In this document: positions 7,579 to 11,004 of the stretch, in pieces
Layout: each line of letters begins with the position of its first letter
How positions within the stretch are numbered: position 1 is the stretch's first letter
Assembly (NCBI GenBank): GCA_031960885.1
Contig: JAVRLY010000042.1
Span: forward strand, 1 to 11,004
Length of the DNA: 11,004 nt
Direction: 5' to 3'
DNA from: Desulfurella sp.
GTDB taxonomy: Bacteria > Campylobacterota_A > Desulfurellia > Desulfurellales > Desulfurellaceae
Program-made: the position numbers and the translations under genes
The notes under the pieces: generated by a model
Told to the model about the DNA's origin: nothing
Databases searched by the model: none
The model's input: the letters and a program-made list of their open reading frames with translations, nothing else

Positions 7579-8426
7579 TAACGCCTCTCTTTGGCAAGTT
7601 TTTCAACTTCGTCAAATTCAGTGCGGTAAGTTGGTGCTATAGTTTGCCTTACAGATTCCATAGCAATAATTGGTGCATCACCTTTTGCAATTGAAATAAT
7701 ACCAATTTTAAGTGATTTTAAGTATCCTATAAAATCTTCGTTTTTCAACTCTTGTACAGTAGCCATAGGTCCAAATACCACATAACAAAGCAACAAACCC
7801 AAAAATGTGCCGGTGAGAGCACCTGCAACGTGGTGGCCTACCTCTAAAATAGAGCCGCCCAAAGCTCCCATTGTCAAAATAACGCCCATAACAGCAGCAA
7901 CTATACCCATACCAGGCATACTTTCAGCAATCTTTGCAACCATTTTTGGAGCTAAAGATAGTTCTTTTTCTATAACTTCAATGTTTGAATCAAGCATTTC
8001 ATCGAGTTTTTCTATCTCAATACCAGTTACGATATTTCTTATAGCGTCAACTACAAATTCTTTTGCTTCTTTATTTTTAAGCAAAAACGTATTAGACTGC
8101 ATAATGGGACTTTCTTCTGGCTTATCAACAATGGCTTCAAGTGATAAAATCCCATCTTTCCTAACTTTAATAGACAAGTTGTAAATAAACAGCAATAATT
8201 CCAGATAAACTTTTTTACTTAGTTCATTTTTCTTTGCAAATCCAACTATGACTTTTATGGCATCTTTCATAATAGAAGGCGTTGTTGAAGCAACGAGTAT
8301 ACCGACACCGCCCCCAAATAGCACTATATATTCTGAGATCTGTATTAAAACAAGTGGTTTACCACCACCTAAAATAAAACCCGTTAAAATGGCAGCAATG
8401 GTAAGAATCACACCAATTACATTCAT
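7578..8426 (-). CDS. motA: Flagellar motor stator protein MotA
   Basis: 282 aa with four hydrophobic segments. RKDGILSLE carries the conserved Arg/Glu torque residues; also AESMPGMGIVAAVMGV and AGALTGTFLGLLLCY..FGP. GAGGT RBS. Confidence 0.96.
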   Translation of the reverse strand: MNVIGVILTIAAILTGFILGGGKPLVLIQISEYIVLFGGGVGILVASTTPSIMKDAIKVIVGFAKKNELSKKVYLELLLFIYNLSIKVRKDGILSLEAIVDKPEESPIMQSNTFLLKNKEAKEFVVDAIRNIVTGIEIEKLDEMLDSNIEVIEKELSLAPKMVAKIAESMPGMGIVAAVMGVILTMGALGGSILEVGHHVAGALTGTFLGLLLCYVVFGPMATVQELKNEDFIGYLKSLKIGIISIAKGDAPIIAMESVRQTIAPTYRTEFDEVEKLAKERR

Positions 8427-8446
8427 TAATACCTCTCACATTAATA

Positions 8447-8474
8447 CAATCGGAATATAATTGAAAAAAATAAA
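8447..8474 (-). promoter_or_regulatory. Possible sigma28 (FliA) promoter upstream of motA
   Basis: TCCGATTG (8454-8447) resembles the FliA -10 GCCGATAA and sits in an otherwise AT-rich 48-bp gap in front of a flagellar gene. The -35 (TTTA/TTAT, 15-16 nt upstream) is a weak match. Confidence 0.35.
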
Positions 8475-9746
8475 TTATTTTTGTCTTTTATCAATAACTC
8501 TTACCATTTTGCCTGGTGTTCTTTGTATGGTATTTTCTGGAACTATCTGTAATATGCAGTGAAAACCAAGCAAATCGTATAATGCATTTTCTAATCTATT
8601 TTTTGCTTCAGATGAAAAACCATTTGTTTTTTCCAAGATTATGGTAATCTCGTCTTTGCCTTTTGTATTTTCTAAAACTATTTGATAATAAAGTCCAATT
8701 GTTTCGTACTGAAGCAATATTTGTTCAATTTGCGATGGATAAAAATTAACGCCTTTAACTTTGAGCATATCGTCTGTTCGACCCTTTAGGCGTGAAACCC
8801 TAAGATGCGTCCTACCACAATCGCACTTATCTCTGGATATAATCTTTGTAATATCTTTTGTGCGATACCTTATTAAAGGCAAGCCTTCTTTTGTAAGTGT
8901 GGTTATAACAAGTTCTCCTTCTGTGCCATCATCAACCACTTTTTGGGTATTTGGGTCTATGATTTCTGCGATGTAGTGGTCTTCCCAAATATGTATGCCG
9001 CATTTGGCCTCGCAATCAATACCCATGCCTACACCGCCTGTTTCTGTCATACCAATGATATCGTAAGTATCAACATGCATTTGGTTTTCAATGCGTTTTC
9101 TAAGCTCATCAGACCATGTTTCTGCGCCTAAAATTGCGATACGCAAAGCAGTTTGCGAGAAATCAAAATTATTCTCTTTGGCAACCTCGATTAACCTTTG
9201 AGGATACGAGGCAATAGAACAAATTACGCTTGTTTGAAAGTCTTTAATGAATTTTAATTGCAAAAGTGTTCGACCAGCCCCCATAGGTATGATGAATGCA
9301 CCAATCTTTTGGGCGCCAAAATGAAAACCAAAACCTCCGTTAAATAATCCAAACGACGGCATAATTTGTATTCTATCGCTTTTGCTAGCCCCAGCTGCAA
9401 AATAACAGCGTGCCATCATTTCTGCCCAGCTGTCAACATCGTTTTGTGTCATTGCATTTATCACAGGCGTGCCTGTTGTGCCAGAACTTGTGTGAATCCT
9501 CACAATTTTATCAGTAAATGTAATATGATTGAGCGGGTAGGCTGATCTTAGCTCATCTTTTGTCACAAAAGGTAAATGTTGTAAATCATCCAACGTTTTA
9601 ATATCTTCTGGTTCAATGCCTTTATATTTTTCTTTCAAAATGGAATTAGAGTTTTTTATCAAGCGCAGTGTATTTTGTAAACGCTTTATTTGAAGTTTTT
9701 TAAGTTCTTCTTGTGGCATTGTTTCATAGTGATCATTGAATATCAT
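8475..9746 (-). CDS. paaK: Phenylacetate-CoA ligase family protein
   Basis: 423 aa from ATG 9746 (AAGGGG RBS at 9754-9759). Motifs: LPFVTKDELR..YP, RIHTSSGTTG.P (AMP-binding), GAETWS, YDIIGMTE, GELVITTL.KE..PLIRYRT.D, GRTDDMLKVKGVNFYPSQIE. The substrate is inferred from the family. Confidence 0.92.
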   Translation of the reverse strand: MIFNDHYETMPQEELKKLQIKRLQNTLRLIKNSNSILKEKYKGIEPEDIKTLDDLQHLPFVTKDELRSAYPLNHITFTDKIVRIHTSSGTTGTPVINAMTQNDVDSWAEMMARCYFAAGASKSDRIQIMPSFGLFNGGFGFHFGAQKIGAFIIPMGAGRTLLQLKFIKDFQTSVICSIASYPQRLIEVAKENNFDFSQTALRIAILGAETWSDELRKRIENQMHVDTYDIIGMTETGGVGMGIDCEAKCGIHIWEDHYIAEIIDPNTQKVVDDGTEGELVITTLTKEGLPLIRYRTKDITKIISRDKCDCGRTHLRVSRLKGRTDDMLKVKGVNFYPSQIEQILLQYETIGLYYQIVLENTKGKDEITIILEKTNGFSSEAKNRLENALYDLLGFHCILQIVPENTIQRTPGKMVRVIDKRQK

Positions 9747-10040
9747 TACTAAACCCCTTATCAAAAAAATCTTTATCGCCTTGATTAATTATATTAATCG
9801 CTTTTTTATAGTCAATATTGAGTTTTTTTACAAATTTGCCAAACATGTAAATGCAGTGTATTTTGTAAACGCTTTATTTGAAGTTTTTTAAGTTCTTCTT
9901 GTGGCATTGTTTCATAGTGATCATTGAATATCATTACTAAACCCCTTATCAAAAAAATCTTTATCGCCTTGATTAATTATATTAATCGCTTTTTTATAGT
10001 CAATATTGAGTTTTTTTACAAATTTGCCAAACATGTAAAT
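9665..10040. repeat. Perfect tandem direct duplication, 2 x 188 bp (9665-9852 and 9853-10040)
   Basis: Both copies run gcagtgtattttgtaaacgc...aaatttgccaaacatgtaaat and are identical base by base. Flanking bases differ (9664 c vs 9852 t; 9853 g vs 10041 a). The unit contains the iorB 3' end and the paaK 5' end. Confidence 0.98.
9812..9934 (-). pseudogene. Truncated duplicate of the paaK 5' end (40-aa chimeric ORF)
   Basis: The duplicated RBS and ATG (9934) give MIFNDHYETMPQEELKKLQIKRLQNTL, identical to PaaK residues 1-27. The frame then crosses the junction into out-of-frame iorB sequence (HLHVWQICKKTQY) and stops at TGA 9814-9812. Confidence 0.75.
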
Positions 10041-10352
10041 ATTGAGTTTTTTAGGATTTTTTGCAGTTACGTAATCTATTTCAGCGCTTGTAAGTTTTAT
10101 AATATTTTGCGAGTAAGCTTTTGCTAATATTTCGTATTTATTGTTTAATAAAATGACCAAGTCTGCTTTATTGTAACCAATTACAGGGCTTTTGTAATCG
10201 CCAATTTTTAGATGGACTTCTACAAGACCGCCCTTTTTTGCCATACCATGAATCTCGCTTGATAGAATTTGCTCTTCCTCGTAAAACTTTGCAATAAGCC
10301 TTGATAGGTATAGCACACCCTCTCCGCCACTGCCTAACAAAACAATCTTCAT
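9921..10352 (-). CDS. iorB: Indolepyruvate:ferredoxin oxidoreductase beta subunit (short, divergent)
   Basis: 143 aa from ATG 10352 (ATGA overlap with the iorA stop). MKIVLLGSGGEGV and SEIHGMAKKGGLV resemble the IorB motifs GVGGQG and SEVHGMAQRGGSV; also SPVI....AD and NIYMFG. Confidence 0.85.
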   Translation of the reverse strand: MKIVLLGSGGEGVLYLSRLIAKFYEEEQILSSEIHGMAKKGGLVEVHLKIGDYKSPVIGYNKADLVILLNNKYEILAKAYSQNIIKLTSAEIDYVTAKNPKKLNIYMFGKFVKKLNIDYKKAINIINQGDKDFFDKGFSNDIQ

Positions 10353-11004
10353 GTTGCCACCACAATAGAGCCAAATGGGCAAGAGAAAATGCATTGTCCG
10401 CAATTAATGCATGTTTTTCTATCTATTTCAACCCTTTTAGTATGTGTATTAAATACCAAAGATGGGCACTCAAATTCAGCAATGCATAATTGACAGCCTT
10501 TGCACGAGCTATCCACGAAAACTTGCAAAAAAGGGTTTTGAGTTAAGCCTTCTTGTGTGTTTATGCACAGGTGTCTAAATATAACTACGGCAATTTCGTT
10601 TTTTTCTTCAATGTATTGCTTTGAAGCTTTAAGCACTTCAATGCTTTTTTGGTAATCGTATGGATCTGTAATGCTTATAAAACCTATATCTAAGCTTTCA
10701 ATAATTCTTTCAATTTTAATAGGCTTTGCACTGTTATTTGATGAATCTGTAGGGCTAGATAGCGTTTTTTGATTGCCAGTCATTGCAACGGTTGAGTTGT
10801 CAAGTATTACAAGCAAAAAACTCGCTTTATTGTGAATTGCATCGATTAATGCGCTAAGGCCTGTGTGAAAAAATGTAGAATCGCCTATAATAGCGACAAT
10901 GTGTTGCTTTTTGTTTGATAGTTTATATGATTTATCAAAACCAAACGCAAACGACACGCTTGCGCCCATACAATGAACAGTGTCGGTTACGCCTAAGTTA
11001 GCAC
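10349..11004 (-). CDS. iorA: Indolepyruvate:ferredoxin oxidoreductase alpha subunit (3' part; 5' end outside the window)
   Basis: The frame is open to the window edge (ANLGVTDTVHCMGAS...). TPP-binding motif AIIGDSTFFHTG...ILDNSTVAMTG.Q; C-terminal ferredoxin motifs CKGCQLC....CP and CINCGQCIFSCP. Confidence 0.93.
   Translation of the reverse strand, partial: ANLGVTDTVHCMGASVSFAFGFDKSYKLSNKKQHIVAIIGDSTFFHTGLSALIDAIHNKASFLLVILDNSTVAMTGNQKTLSSPTDSSNNSAKPIKIERIIESLDIGFISITDPYDYQKSIEVLKASKQYIEEKNEIAVVIFRHLCINTQEGLTQNPFLQVFVDSSCKGCQLCIAEFECPSLVFNTHTKRVEIDRKTCINCGQCIFSCPFGSIVVAT

Noticed and set aside
6760..8426. Zorya (ZorAB) defence system or ExbBD/TolQR interpretation of the stator pair
   Set aside because: The MotA has canonical length and torque motifs, lacks the long ZorA tail, and has no zorC/D/E or tonB/tolA neighbours.
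9665..10040. CRISPR array, IS element or target-site duplication
   Set aside because: There are only two adjacent copies, no spacers, no inverted ends and no transposase. The unit is plain iorB/paaK coding sequence.
9747..10403. Extended starts for paaK (9764) and iorB (10403)
   Set aside because: ATG 9746 has the RBS and the native overlap with the iorB end. ATG 10352 gives an ATGA overlap with iorA and begins at the family motif MKIVLLG.
587..10489. All plus-strand ORFs in the track (e.g. 3410-3862, 7807-8184, 2004-2330) and the minus-strand 10168-10374 ORF
   Set aside because: They are antisense or alternate-frame shadows overlapping well-supported genes, and they have no recognisable motifs.

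Overview
AT-rich, gene-dense bacterial window with every real gene on the minus strand. In transcription order (right to left): iorA 3' part (runs off the window), a short iorB, a perfect 188-bp tandem duplication spanning the iorB/paaK junction, paaK-like phenylacetate-CoA ligase, motA, motB, then a five-gene split (archaeal-type) glutamate synthase-like cluster (ferredoxin-fused FMN subunit, 4x[4Fe-4S] protein, FAD/NAD(H) oxidoreductase, Ntn glutamine amidotransferase, GXGXG subunit), a PerR-like Fur-family regulator, a STAS-fused mlaE permease, and the first 31 codons of an mlaF-like ABC ATPase that the ORF track missed. The gene content suggests a motile anaerobic diderm; a Desulfurella/Hippea-like host is only a guess. 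The most notable points are the exact 188-bp duplication (real or an assembly artefact), the GltD-less glutamate synthase with its own CooF/FNOR-like electron-input module, and a MotB with a non-canonical peptidoglycan-binding motif. I found no RNA genes, CRISPR arrays or mobile elements. I also found no wholly new system: all proteins belong to recognisable families. Family calls come from motifs recognised by eye, not from database searches.
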